From: Orbicella franksi
Taxonomy: Eukaryota
Assembly (NCBI GenBank): GCA_964199315.1
Contig: OZ116701.1
Location: forward strand, 25,544,001 to 25,608,000
Direction of reading: 5' to 3'
DNA length: 64,000 bases
Made by a program: the position numbers and the translations under genes. A model generated the notes under the pieces. That model was not told the DNA's origin. It was given only the letters and a program-made list of their open reading frames with translations, and did no database searches. Positions 25,742 through 39,935 of this stretch are shown piece by piece (positions within the stretch are counted from its first letter, which is position 1; each line of letters opens with the position of its first letter).

Positions 25742-27433
25742 ATGGAAACCTGTGGCTACTCTGAACTTGTTGGAGAGCCGTGTGGATGCAGTAGTTTTAA
25801 CCCGGCAAATGCTGTGTGTGAAGCGATAGAAAGATGCAGAAGAAACATCAAGAGTCATTTGAAGTTTTTCGACTGCTTTGATTCAACTTTGCAAACGGAG
25901 GCAGATCTTCTTCTCTTGTCAATATTTCTCCCAAATTTTGTAGAAGTTATGCAAGGTATAAACAATGAAATAAGTCGAGATGGTTACTGAAGTAAGGCAA
26001 TGCCTTGTAGTTTTAACCTGTAGCTTTGTAGTTGTGCCGAAAAAATGACTGCAAAGCTTAATGAAGGCGATGATGTAGTCTCTGCGGATGATCTAAAACG
26101 AGCTATTCTATCTCATGGTGGTGTCAGAGGTGTCCGAGTTACCTTGATTGATTCCACAAAGCAGCATCCAATTTCGTTGCAGGGGAAAGTGAAAGGAGTG
26201 AGCAACTTAAATAATTTCCATTATGGAGAGGAATGTCTGACTGTATGGAAAGCATTTTATGTGGGAGAAGGAAAGGCCATCCCATGGTCTCAGTTGCAAG
26301 GTAAAAAAAAAATTTCTTGCTTACTTTTACCAAATTTTTATTTTCTCGCGCGCTTTCTTTTCGAGTCACGCTCGACGGACTAAGTAAGGGCTGCTCGTAG
26401 TATATCAGGGTTACCGCTAATGTAATCAATTGAAGAACCTTAGGTTCGGTTTATACCCTTATTACTGAAGGCGCTTTTATTTCAAAGGTCATTGCCAAAC
26501 AATGCAACAAAATCTCGTGTCTTGTACTATAAGTTAGTTATTTGTTATGCTCTCTTTTCCTTAGTCCAAATGGGTTCAGTGAAGGATCCAGTATTCCCCG
26601 AGAGTTCCTTTTCTCCTGGAGACTTCCAAAACGTCTCTTTGTTTGACAACACGAAACATTGCATCCGCTAACAACGAGCACGCTGGTCTTTTTTCCCGTC
26701 CAGTTGAAGGATGCGTGAATACTTTTCAGCGCCATTGTAACCTGGAGCGGCATATGTATTATGGCAAGTGCAAATTTGTAGAGGAAAGACACTCTCTTCT
26801 CGACAAGGCAAAGATTATTTACGTTGAAAAACTACAGGAAGGATCAAGCGCACAGCCATTTATTGCCGGTTCTGAGCTTTCAGAGCAGAGCGTTCGGGCG
26901 TTACCGCAGGGCGGGGCATTGCGATCTACGAGGAAGGCTGCCCGCTTCAGTGCTAAGCAGAAGGCCTACCTAAACGAAAAATTTAAAATAGAGAACAGAC
27001 AGGATTCAAAGCAGACCCCGCACAGGTGGCACAAGATATGAGACATACAAAACATGAAGACGGGAGTCGCAGATTCACTGAAGATGAATTCCTAGCCCCA
27101 CAGCAAATAAAATCTTATTTTTCAAGAATGACAGCAAAATTCAGGCAAGAAAGTCACGACGTTGCAGACGAGTGGGGCGGTCAAGCTGTTGCAGAGCAAG
27201 ACGCGTATTCCTCCGCCCGTGCGCACATTCTTGAAGAGTGTCGGCTGATCCACCCGATCACTTACGATACATACAATCTCTGTGAACTGTACTCAAGAAA
27301 TAAGCTAACCAAGCTCAGCGTCCTTATTTTGCGCATAATATGCAGCCACTTTGAAGTGAAAATTGACAATATTGCACTAAAGTTAAAAAAGCCGTATGTT
27401 CAATTAATTGAAGAGCTCGTGAGATCGTGCTAG
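25742..27433 (+). pseudogene. Internally deleted Sola3-like transposase (copy B)
   Basis: N-terminal Cys cluster joined to C-terminal parts: VSNLNNFHY...GEGKAIPWSQL, PVEGCVNTFQRHCNLERH, ARFSAKQKAYLNEKF, QQIKSYFSRM. Homologous to copy A; the catalytic core is missing. Confidence 0.75.
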
Positions 27434-29046
27434 TGTGCATAACTGTCTTAAATTTTTGTTTACATCGATGTGAGACTATTCATCCCTATTGGGTCTTTAC
27501 GTCGATCATAGTCATCAGATGTTACATGCATCGATTAGGATCAACAGATTGAAATAATTTATAAATTAGAGAACACTACTTGTACAACACTAAGGAAAAA
27601 AATTAACCTTATTGGACGTTGCGAATGGCAAGGCTGTCGGTAGAATGTCACAAATTTCTCCACTCTTTCTTTCTACGAAAATACTAATTGTGCAACTTTG
27701 CTTAAGACCCAGTTCTCCATTTCGTGTTGGCAAAATATTAATTTATGCCATGCCCAATGCAGGTTATCACAAAATTGATTTAAGAGCAACATAAACCAAG
27801 CACAATAAATATCATTTTTAAGCCAAAAAAGCAATTATTTAACTAAACTGTGACATGGTGAGTAAATTATCTCTAGGAAAAACTGATTAACTTAACAGAC
27901 ACTTTAAATAATTAGTTAATACATGTATAATAGGTGTTTCTTAATAATGTAATACAGGGTATCTATCACAATGTTGCAGTTATGATATTACTACACGCAG
28001 TATGGGTTGCACAACTCAACTTCCGAGTCAGTTTGTTCAATGAACTTAGTGCAGAAATTATTATGGCATCAAGTTGTCTGTAAATATAGAGAAACCAAAC
28101 AAAGCATTACAATCTTAAGTAATAAATTATTGAACTCATTTACATGTATGTACAATGTATGTGCCATTAATATTAGGGATCTCTCAGAAGCTGCATCTAT
28201 GATGATTTAATTTGCTCGCAGTGCATTTTTTTATGGAACTTTTCACACATATCTCTGTCATAATAGTGATCTCTGTGTTCTACAACAATTAGTACACAAG
28301 AAAATACACTCAGTAAGATATTGTTTACAATAAAAATCAATCCCTATATACAATCTTAAGGACCTTGAATTTATATTTCTTTAGAAATACATGTATCTCA
28401 CCTGGCCATGGTTGCTTTGAAAATCTTTGATGTTTTAATCCAGGCTGCCCATGTGTACACTGTTCATATATTGACTGAGAGGAACAGGGATGTAATCATA
28501 CTGTATATAGCTGCTATTTGAACACCACTGAACATACAAAGACATATCAATTACAATTTATAACCAACGGATGACATTCCTTTCATTGATATACAGTGTA
28601 CTTCATTGTTAGTTGTTTACTGAGTGTCTTCAGTAGTGAATCAAATGTTAGGGGGGTGGTACCAAAACTTCCACAGTGACAGGCTCTGCCCTGAGATGCA
28701 AAGCAAACATATATAACTGTTATGAACTTGGCCACTTGCTTTCGAGAGCACATGTAATTTGCATCACATTACTATGTAGTAGCATTGGTCAACTAAAAAC
28801 AACATAATTTGGTTAATTAATATACACTGTACATTATTAGGTTGAAATATTGGTGTAGATCGTTGCACACCAACAGATACAGAAACTATTGGCAGCTGAA
28901 TCATAACAGGTGAAAAACCGTGCATGAGACATTTACATGTACGTGTAGCAACCCTCCACTTCAGAACCATCACAGATATGATATGATATTTTTAAACTCT
29001 CTGAAATGTCAGATTATTCAAGATTAACATGCACGTACACCATTAA

Positions 29047-30452
29047 GGGCAACCCTAAAACACTGAAACCGGAAACCGTAATCCGGAACCCGAAACCAGA
29101 ATCCGGAAACCAGATATTATGAATGATGATAGAAAATATTAATAATTCACTTCAGCAATGTCTAATAAATAAATATGGGGAAAAATTATTTTGCTGTTAT
29201 TTATTTTCTTGGCTTTACTTCAGCCACAAGCTGTAATTGCTAAAAAATTATTGACAAGTTCTGAACAACCCTTAGCTATACATCTCGCGCGATTGTTCAA
29301 AAGCTGGATAAAGCTATCCTTTGGGTAAATCACTATCCAGTCAGGGTTAGTGCTTTTTCGGGTGGATAGAGTTACTCATAGTCTGCCAGCAGGCTCTGGT
29401 ATCTGTCTCTAGTGTCTGAGCAGGGTAAATAAGAGTCTAGTGTTTTTCTGCATTGGCATGTGAGCGAGTGCCTACATGCGGTTGCGGCCATTGTTTGTGC
29501 TTTGAAGTACATGTACTCACGCAAGTCACACAACCAGAGGGTTTACGCTATCCACGGCTAATTTTAAAACAGTTGTGTTTTTTCTAGCACTAACTTAAAC
29601 GTTGCAAGTTCTGGCAAGCTCTTGTTTACCTCAGCAAATATTTAATTTTTCTTCAAATCTCTTAACTCACTGCGATGAAACAGCCAAAGAATTTGCTTCA
29701 TTTGCCGGAACCCACAAGAATACTAGCAAAACTGCAAAAAAATTAATGACCATCGCTTCTGGCAAAATAAACTTGCAAAGTAAACACGATCTTATTTGTC
29801 ACGTAGCGAAAATGAAAGCTGCAATGTCAGTGCATTCCATGGCTGACATAATACCCTTTTTTAGTGTTTTTAGCGTATTTATTATTTCCTTTCGAATCCA
29901 ACGCTTCGATAAAACCAAAAGAAAATATATTTTACACACAAGTAAAGAAAAAATATCCGTAACATTGTCCTCGTATTAATATTTCAACAGCTTTTGGCAA
30001 ATAAACATCACAGGTTGCATGATTTAAAATTTGGCCGAGAGAAAGTTTGGGTCTGGTCACTGCCAAAAAAATAATAAACCACGGGTAGAACATGAACCAT
30101 GCTCGGCCCATGGCCGCGCGGTTAATTACCAACAAGCTTATTTTAGACGCTCTCAGGGTGCTTGGAATAAAATTACGACGCACTTTACTAGGACTCTCAT
30201 AATCATAGCCCTGACTAGAAATAACGGTTGCACGAATTTCAACAGATGGGGAATTTTTCTTTCAAAAAAGGTTAAGTTTCAGGTCCTTTTTACTTGGCCG
30301 CTTCTTTTTTACAGGCAAAAACCTAAGCAAAACAATTTTCGAGTATTTAAAGAACTTGTTTTCTTTGATTTGTGGATTCCGGTTTCCAGTTTCTGGATTC
30401 CAGCATTGGGTTCCGGATTCCGGATTCCGATTTCCTGGTTTTAGGGTTGCTC
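29047..30452. mobile_element. Older Mutator/Foldback-like element
   Basis: GGGCAACCCTAAAAC / GTTTTAGGGTTGCTC termini with (CCGGAAT)-like subterminal arrays; 9-bp flanks CACCATTAA and CATCTTTAA match 7/9. Confidence 0.75.
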
Positions 30453-32973
30453 CATCTTTAACAGTGTGTTATTCAGCATAGGCAGACTTATAAGTTTGCC
30501 TTCAAAAATAACTTGCAGCAACTATTGCATCTTTCATTACCTATTCTTGTGATGAAATGACGCAAAATCCAAGTACAAGAGTCAAAAGCATAAACCAAAC
30601 TTACCTGGTAATGCATACAGTACCTCTCACTGTCTGCATATGCCGTCCATAAACTGGTACTGCCTGGACAATGTACTCATTATTTTTCTGCTCACACCTT
30701 TTAAAACGTCACTGTTATACAATTTGTCCTGAAAAAGCAATACATGAAATGTTATGCCTTTGGCACTCACCAAATGCCTTTAAATGATGTATAATGCACA
30801 CCATATCAACATTCACAATTCTTTTTACTTTTACTGTAACTTTTTTTGCGTCATTTTCCCTCACTTGAAGACAGGACTTCCACATTTGGTGATAATTTGC
30901 CTCTAGAATCTCTATGAATTCACAGGGAGTGAAAACAATTAAATCGTGACTAGTTTTAGCAAAGGAGGTGTTCAAATGTCAGATTTTAATGTTAAGTCTA
31001 TAACTTTACATTACTGTTCGTACATATATAACCTCTCAATTATTGCACCTGTAGACGGAAGGTGTGCTGGGGGAAGAGATGTTCTAAACTTTCTGAACTT
31101 TTCTCCCTTACCTGTAATAGGATGACTATTATGAACTACGATTCGCAACCAACGCAAACATCAGGTTATGTATACACATGTATATTTTGTTGTCTTCTGT
31201 AATCATAAAAAAATGAAAATTTAAAACCCTACATAAAGCTCATACTCGATAACACTGCTACATGTAGCACTGTTACTGGCAATTAATTTAAGTGAAACTG
31301 TTGAAACAGCTCTGTCAAAATTGTTTCTAGCAGTTAAGGCAGGAAAACAGAATATACACGTAGTACACACCAAAAGCCAGAGATACACACACGTTGGTTA
31401 TTAGTTAGGATTTGGTGAGCTTCTGTGCTAGGTATGGTGGAAAATAATGGACTATGAAAAATGAAGGTTCCTGAGACATTTTGACAGCGCTGAGAGGAAT
31501 TAATATATAAATTTACGAAAGAAGAAGTTCTTGCCCTGTACAGTTCCCTGTCATAACAATATCATTTACATACATTTATTACATATGGTTTGTGTTGAAC
31601 GCTGATATCATGCACACTCTGATTGGCTAATTCAAGTGCATTATTTACATTTACATGGTATACATCGGTAAAATCATAAAACCTCACCTGCGACTAAAAT
31701 AAGAAAAATAAGAAAAAAAATGCCTAATTCATAATAATTTAAAAATACTTACCACTAAAACGAATCTAATTCTTTACTTGAAAATTATTCTCCCGTAATG
31801 CCCATGGGCCAATTACGGGCATGCTAAAAGGTCCTAACACAAAGTAAAAGGAAATTAAGAAAACTACTGCTTTTTTCCTGAAAATTATGGCGACTGAAAA
31901 CAATGATTGAACACTGAGAGTGCATTCTGTCACCCTGACGAGATAAAATTTAAGGAGAATAGGGAATTCACAAATTGGTACCAGACAGGACAAAGGAAAC
32001 AGCCAGAAAGAAACTGAAACTTTCTTCGACGAGCAAAAAGGTATACAAGCACAACAAAGAAAACAGTCAGTGACATTCGGTCAATGAGTTAGTAAATAAA
32101 AAAATCAGTGTGAAGAAGAGAGCAGAGAGAGAGAGAGTGTGCAGAGAAAAGAGCGCTCTCACCGACTAAACTGTGTATTTATGTATGTAAAAGTTATTTT
32201 TATTCCCGAGAAATGGTCAGGGCAAGAACTTCTACACCCTAAATTTTTTCTAAGTATGTAAATGTCATTTACACTGTTCAATTTACCGTGTAAAGCTCTT
32301 CACATTTTTTTTTTTTTATTAGTACTATCTCACTTTTGAGGAACATTTCCATATTAAGTGTAAATACTGCATTGGGGAATAACCTCTCATTAAGAAAATA
32401 GGGCCCATGTACTCCCAACCAAAAGCAGTGGCACTAATAAAATGAAATAGCAAATCGAACTCAAAGTAGAGCCTTATTTGCAGACAGGATTTACATGCAT
32501 AATCGTCTACTCGACATTTGGACTATATAAGCATAATATTTTCACCAAACCGAACTAATTGGACAGACAAAATAAAACGAGGAAATCTACCTTATAAACA
32601 CAATATGCATATCACTACATCTGAGTATCAACAACAAATCCCTTCTCAATGAAAGGTGACCGAATAAAAGAAAGGATAAAGAAAATTCGTTTAAGTTGCA
32701 GTGTTAAAGTTTAATAATTATTCGCGCTTAAATTTGAAGATTACAGTGTGTATTTTTGCCGACGGCTTAATTTAGCTTTGCAGTCATTTTATCGGCGGTA
32801 GCTTTACCAGTCTTCAACCAAATTAACCTGGGAATTCACCCAAGCATTTCGCAAAACCAAATAAATTGAAATAACAAACGAGGAAATCTCCATACTTTGT
32901 AATCACAATATGCAGATATTCACATAGGAACGTCAAAAGTAAATTTAGCAAATCCTGTTCGCTTCGGCTTAAA

Positions 32974-33090
32974 ATGGTTTACCTTTCTTGGTTTTCAACA
33001 ACAGAAGAAGAAATTTTAGCCTTCTACGAAGCAGCTGTGCCAACTAACACAGACAAAACTTCAAAACTCGCCCGGCCGTCTTTACAAATA
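32974..33090 (+). pseudogene. Possible Crypton/DUF3504-type N-terminal fragment
   Basis: Translates to MVYLSWFSTTEEEILAFYEAAVPTNTDKTSKL, resembling the recalled EE-I...AVP-NTKK-TK motif; very short. Confidence 0.35.
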
Positions 33091-33519
33091 CGGTTTTGGT
33101 TAAGTTTGTTTTTAAACGTGAGGTCATAACCTTAAGTTGACGACGAAAATCGACAGAAAACTTAATTTGTTTGCAACTTACAACAACCTCCACAAAGACT
33201 ATCTAAATTATAAACTGTCTTTTACAATTTGTAGATCGATCGGCTTGTCCTGATCACGAGCGCGTCAGAAAAAATTACACTTATTGTTAGGAAAATCGGC
33301 TTGCCGCGAATGTGTGACAGTATAAGCTAATAACAAAGCAAAAAAAATTACGCGCACCTTACGCGGGTCACTGTTGAGAAAACGAAACTAAGCGGACTAG
33401 AACTAGAACTTAGTCTGCGCGCTGTTTTCTTGTCCGCTTCGGAGAAAATTAATCCGATAACACACATATACCATTGAGTTAAAGTAAACTTTATTCTTCT
33501 GTTCTATTTTAAAAGTAAG

Positions 33520-33666
33520 CTTCGATGTAGGTGAAATATCTCAGATCGTGTAGGCGAATCGACTTCAATGTAGGCGAAACATCTCAGAACGTGTAGGCGA
33601 ATCGTCTTAAGTGTAGGCGAATCGACTTGTAGGCGAATCATCCTGTAGGCGAAACGACCGGCTTCT
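33520..33666. repeat. Array of TGTAGGCGAA(T/A) units ending in ACGACCGGCTTC, probably one arm of a foldback-type element
   Basis: Seven imperfect copies; no partner arm found. Confidence 0.65.
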
Positions 33667-34214
33667 CCACAAAGCGACTCACGTGTTATTGTTTAGAGAT
33701 GAGCGAAATTAAAACGACGTAATTTATAAAATGTCTCACAGCATGGCTTCAAATAAGGAAGGCTTTAAAAAGGATTCCAATTGAAAATAAGCTTAAATCG
33801 CCGAGGCAACTTGTCAATTTTCATAGCAAACGCCACAACAAAAGTCAGTTACCGCAAGTCGGCAATTCAGTTCGGCCAGTGTAAATCTTCCTGGCAGGCA
33901 GAAACTTGCGACAAAAGTTGTGAAGACTGCACTGAACTAATCTTTCCGATAGATCAACGAATCAACCACTTTTTACCGCTGTGTTTACCGTTCTGTAATT
34001 TCTCTAAACACTCAGGAACGTTTGATTTCTCTTGCTCATCACCTATCTGTTGTGTCTCGCGGAATTGAATAAATCAAACTGATACAACACAACAGTGTTT
34101 AATAAAACATGGCGGTTCAAATTCAACAACAGGCGCACATGGCATGCGTGCGCATAATAGTAACAAAACCGCAGACCATCATGAGCGACATAGCATTCCT
34201 TCCCACTTAATATT

Positions 34215-35623
34215 AATAATGCAATTATTAATGCCTTCTTTTTCTAGACGTTTCAGCTCCACCTCGACCTTAGGTTTCATGGCGTATGGGACAGGCCTTG
34301 CTTTACAAAACTTTGGTTGACTGCCTTCCTTCAACGCGAGTTTCGCCTTGGCTGACTTGAATGTGCCGATTTCATCCTTAAACACTTCACTATAGTCGTC
34401 TATGAGTCTCTCTAATTTCTTCTGGGTGTCTTGTGTCGGCTGGTCTTTTGAAATAGCACAGATCCTTTTCCAATCGAGTTGTATCTGGTGTAGCCAATCT
34501 CTTCCAAACAACGCCGGCCCTTGTGTCTTCACTACATACAATGTTAAGTCCTTGACTTGGTTGTTGTGTTCCACGCGAACGAGTAGTTTGCCTTCTGGTG
34601 TTATCTTCTCTCCTGAGTAGGTTTTCAAAATAGCGGTAGTGTCAGCCAGAGGTGTGTTTGGGAAGGTTTCCTTGTACGTCTCCAAGGGGAGTGTAGATAT
34701 CGCTGAACCTGTATCTAGTTCCATCTTCATTGTGTGGCCATTAACTTTTGGTGTCACCCAGATGACGTCACCAACTATCCCATAGTTAACATTGTTGACT
34801 TCTAGGGATGCCACCAAGCTATCATCATCACACTCATCATCTACCTCGAACGAGTGAAGGTTGGGGTTCTCATCCCTTCGTCTTCGGGTAGAGTTCTGAC
34901 TCTTTCCTGAGCGGCATACTCTTTGGATATAGCCTAGTTTCCCACATTTTCGGCATGTTTCATTCCTGAAGTAACACTTGGCTGACTCGTGTGTACTACC
35001 CCCACATCGATAACAATGAGATTTTGATTTGACATCATCTTTCCCTTTTGGAACTCTTTTGCTATCCTTGTTTATTTTGTTGACTTCAGACTCTTTATTA
35101 ATGTTACCCTGCAATTCAAGTGTGTCTTTCGCTGCCGCTTCCATTGCTAAGGCAATTTCTGACGCTTTGGCCAATGACAAATCTGGCTCGGAGAGCAGCC
35201 GTTTCTGGATAAGTTCATTGTGTAGTCCACACACTAGTCTATCTCTTAACGCGTCATTTAAGTTAGTTCCGAATTCACAATACAGCGACAATTTCTTTAA
35301 TTCAGCAAGGTAAGTACTTACGGTTTCACCTTCGAGTTGGTTGCTTTTGTGAAAGCGGAATCGTTCTGCTATGAGCAGTGGTTTCGGTGACAGATGCTTC
35401 TGTAGTGTTTCTACGATAGTCTTGAAGACAGGCTGGATGGCTTGGCTGGGGCGGCCAAATTGCGTAGTAATCCATACATTTTGTTTCCCATTAAGCTTAG
35501 CATTACGGCCTCTTGCTTGTCTTCCTTGATTTCGTTGGCGATGAAGTATTGCTCTATACGTTCCACATAGGCGTTCCAATCGTCGTTCGTTTCGTCAAAC
35601 GCTTCAATCTTTCCAATCGGCAT
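34215..35623 (-). pseudogene. Gag, aspartic protease and RT N-terminus (one frameshift)
   Basis: MPIGKIEAFDETNDDWNAYVERIEQYF, AERFRFHK, LRDRLVCGL, CYRCGGSTHESAKC, ELDTGSA, KARPVPYA...ELKRLEKEGI, then abruptly the PPT. Confidence 0.93.
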
Positions 35624-35668
35624 AGTGGCGAAAGCTCGAACTTTCTCTGGTTGCTGCGTAGGATCTAA

Positions 35669-35681
35669 ATCCTCGTCGCCA
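35669..35681 (-). promoter_or_regulatory. Primer-binding site TGGCGACGAGGAT, probably tRNA-Ser(GCU)
   Basis: Lies 3 nt inside the 5' LTR; complementary to the recalled tRNA-Ser(GCU) 3' end ATCCTCGTCGCCA. Confidence 0.75.
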
Positions 35682-36267
35682 ATCTGTTGTGTCTCGCGGA
35701 ATTAATAAATCAAACTGGTACAACACAACAACGTTTAATCAAACATGGCGGTTCATATTCAACAACAGGCGCACATGGCATGCGTGCGCATAATAGTAAC
35801 AAAACCGCAGACCATCATGTGCGACATAGCACTATCCAAATCATGTGACTTTCTTGCACGGCTGTACAGCATCACGTCGCGCGCGAATTTTTAAACATGC
35901 TTGGAAAGTTCTCAAATCTTCTGAGTCAGTTTGTCGGGTACTTTCGCCTCCTTTCTATAGCCCTCGTTAGCTTTCGTTCACGGCATTGTTCGGTATTATT
36001 TCACCTCCTTTCTCTAGCCCTTGACTCGCTATAATTCATGGCATTGTTCAGTACTGTTTCGCCTCGTTCCCCAGAGCTGGCCCGCTCTTTGTCGCGATCT
36101 TCTTCGCTACCTCTTTGCCTGTTAATTCTTGCTTTCTGTTTTTTTGCTTCAGTGCAACCGTATCTTAAAAACATTAGATCAACCTCCACTATCGTTTGTC
36201 GACATAACAAATAGAAATGAGTTTTCTTTTCTTTAAAAATCCCGCCAAAAAATGTCATTCTTCCGCT

Positions 36268-36488
36268 ACAAACCGAGGGTACATTTCTCTGTCAACCTAT
36301 TAGCTGGAGTATGGCCGCCATGTTGGGCAACTCCGCCGCCGAAGTCGTCGTCGTCGTGCGTACGCGCCCACGAACAATTCCGCTAGCCATGAAAACCATG
36401 AGAAAATCCATTCATGGGTTTCCTTTTCTTTCCCATATGAGCATGGGGCTCCGCTTGGCGGCCCTTCGGGTCGCCGGAGCTCCGCTAT
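36268..36488. repeat. Dispersed repeat, copy 2, with terminal compound hairpin
   Basis: Highly similar to 48820-49037. Confidence 0.85.
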
Positions 36489-39400
36489 TACATAAATCGA
36501 TCATGCTAACCAAGTGCGAGGACTGTTCTGGGAGAATTTCGCCCCAGGTCTTAAAAGTACGGAACAAGCGCAGCGAGGTGTGACCGTACAGGAATAGACC
36601 GAGGGCTCCTATTCCAGTCCCGAGGAAGCTGGGAGTTGTGTTACGCAACTAAAAATGTTTAGAAAAAAAATTATGACAGATTTTAAAGACACCGCGAACT
36701 TTAAGCACACGCTCAAAACTGAGACACCGCGAACTTCAAGGGCGTAATTCTGATTGAGAGCCAACATAGCGTTTTATGTTTTTATAAATTAATTATTAAA
36801 GTAGAAGAAAGCGAATCCCGACCAAATACTTATTACACACTGCACTGCTAAGAGGTGGCTGCGTCCGCAATACGAGCGGTAGTCAAATTCAAGCAGCCAA
36901 AACGACACCGTCGATAATAGTCTTTTTTGTCTTCGCAGCTGGAAAAAGAAAGACAATACTAAAGTTGTCTTAGCCTCTTCTACTTAATTCTGAGTTTATT
37001 TTGACGAGGAAAAGCATATTTTGTTTTCCAAATGACGCAACTATTTCTTACCTGGCGACAGCGATCATTGAGCAAGTTGCCAAACGCAGGTGGCCTACTT
37101 TTGGCGCCAAATTAAAAGCCACAACATGTTTTATATTTTGTCACTTTTTACAATCTGATATGGGTGTTGAAATTATTTCGTGAGTATTAACTATGGTTTC
37201 CAGTGAGAAAAGTGGAACGACTTCAATACCTTTCCTGTTTACCTGCATTTGACGCCAGGACAGTACAGTTTTCCAGCTGCTAAATCCTGATTGGTCAATT
37301 GAAATTTCAGACGTACCTGAGTAGGCAAGAGGAGCGATCGTATTGGTTGATTTTTGCTGAACTAACTTAGTTGTGTAATTACAACTGTCAAAGATGTAAT
37401 GTATATTTTATTCCCGACGGAAACAGGATATAACATAAGGAAAGGCCGCGTGAAAACACCGTCCTTTATGAGGCTCTATTTATTTTCCTCTCTCAAACTT
37501 TACATTTGGGAATTAATTGTTGAGGTTTGTTTGCAATACTAAATTAAAATAGTTTAATTCGATTTTATCGCTCGATAAATTTCCTCGAATAGAATTGCAG
37601 CAATACACAGCAAATTGAAATAAAAAGGAAAATACAAAGATTTAAGCCCGACCAAATTTCAGATATTAAAGAAACGATTGATTACGTGACATTATTATTC
37701 AAATGATGCTTGTTTAGGAAATTTGTTGTCTCAAGAGTAAATCAAACGTGCTTTTTTTTAAGAGAACAGTGTCAGTCACCAGCAGGCTCAGAGTTGTCAG
37801 CCAAAGTTTCAAGATACAACAGTTGACTTATTTCCTTTTTTATGGATAAATCAACAGCCTTCATGCGACAAATGCACTAAAAATCATTTGACTTAGCTTG
37901 GCGTTCAAATGCTGAGCGGATTTATTAATCTCTTTCAATCTTTTCAGGTAAGATAAGTGCCTGTTAGCTCGATGGAATCATGTGAATTTTAGCTTAAACA
38001 ACCACTAAGTCTGTCTATGTTATTAACGGTCTTCCAAAGTATATAGATTTACCAAGCATTGTGTTCATTTTATGGAAGAACAGTGTTATTTATTAGTAAG
38101 AATTTCTAGCCATTTGTTATGTGGGTATAGCTGATCTACACGTATGATGTGTGTGCTGGTTTCATTTGTGATTGTCTGTTGTTGTTTGAGATAACACTGG
38201 AAACAAAGTAATGGCTTTCGTAATTAAACTGAGCAACCACCGTGGACACAGGCTTATGTCATAAAACAGATTATTCCAATTAGCCATTATATTTTACTGT
38301 TTTAAATAAAAACCTTTATTATTCATCTAGAGCTAGTTATTCACTCAAATACACGATTCGACGCTTCCATTTCGCAAGAATCTTGGTATTTCAAAAACGA
38401 GTGAGATGAAATGTAAGGGGGTTTTACCCTTTATGTTGCTTAAGGTTCATTTTAGAATGCAATGTCAAAACTTTGTCAACATGACGACATGCAATACTAA
38501 AGAAACTCTACAGTAGTAAGTGAATGTCTTATGTCTCGAACAAACTGACAGGAAAATACACGAAAATCAAGCTCAACAATGGGATTTGGATATCAGACAT
38601 TATAGGAGAGGACAGGCTTCATTTCCGGCGGTGCACGGAACTTTTGGAGAAACGTAAACCAAGGTAATGCAGATGCAATTAACGCTGTGCAGATTTCTAT
38701 GCGCTTGCGTTAACGTATTTGGTGTTCACCTCATTCTGTTAGCCAATCAGTGTTGAGTTTAAATATGCATTTTTTTATCTTCTGTGAGTCAGGATGGCCT
38801 CTTGTGCGTTTACTGGAATAAAAGTTTATCCTTGTAAAAAGAATAGGTTTACCTTTTCATTTAGCCTAGGCAATTTTTCATTTGCGACCCTTACCTGCCT
38901 AAAATCCCACGTCGAGGGGCAATTAATCTTAAACTAAAAGCGAAACAAAATTCAAATTTAAAAACGTTATATTTGTTGAGTGGATAGACATATTTGAAAC
39001 AAGTTTTTTCATTTTGAGGTCCTTGTTGAAATTCTTCAATATTATATCGCCTGGTACCAAATTTGTGACGTCGCGTTCCTGTGAAAAATGCCAAAATTTT
39101 AAAACCTAAAAACTTAGTATTTAAGAGAATAGCATTCTCTATATTGTGGCAAATGTTCGGGATCAGATAACTGAAATAGAAATTAAGTGGACACGTTAGT
39201 GAAGTGCATCTTTTTGGGCACAAAGAACATGAAAGTCATTTGTGTCTACCGTGTCTCGAAAACATTCAAACCTAGCTATAGACTGTTTTGACTTTCGTGG
39301 CCAGTACACTCCCCTTCCCACTTACATTTTATTTCCTTTCATGACAAGAACAATACAGCATTGAAATATAATCTTTATAAAACCGAAAATCTCGCAAAGA

Positions 39401-39935
39401 GAGAATTTTAAACTCCTTCCTCGTGTATCCAGATATTTTAAAAACGGAGATTTTTGTCTCCGTTTTAGCCTTCTGTCCACGCTTAAGCAGTGCTTTCAGG
39501 CACCAGAAACAGAAAGAGTTTCGAAAACGGTTCCCAAAAGGGAGGTTTTCTTTTTAAAAGCCGGCTCATTGTTTGGGTGTGCACGGACGACAATGGAGCT
39601 TGTCGAATGCGATGTTGTCATAGATCGTGTCCAGTCTTTCCCGGTCTGCGTTCTTCCCAGTGAAAAATCAAGATGGCGGACAGACATCTTATGTCGTTCC
39701 TACTTGGGGTTCTTTCAAGCGTAGGCCGATTTCCAGTCGACATTTCACAGCGGTTTTTTCAACTTAATGCTCAAATGCAACTTTCGATTGAAGTTCTACT
39801 TCGTCATCTGTTCAAGTGAATGAGTCAGCCTTGCTTTTGGTCGAGGAATTCCTGGGTGTTTTAGCCGATTTCGACATATTGTAAGAGTTTTGAACAAGAG
39901 TAAACAGTGGAGTTTACACCTTACTAAATTGGTTC

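Larger units (their letters stand above)
34048..35831 (-). mobile_element. Ty3/Gypsy LTR retrotransposon, internally deleted (gag-pro only)
   Basis: LTRs at 34048-34195 and 35685-35831 with TG...CA ends; 5-bp TSD CTATC; PBS and PPT adjacent to the LTRs. Confidence 0.96.

Noticed and set aside
28370-32000. Possible minus-strand exons with splice-like signals (near 28400, 30605, 31045)
   Set aside because: No recognisable domain, and in-frame stops; no gene model can be supported.
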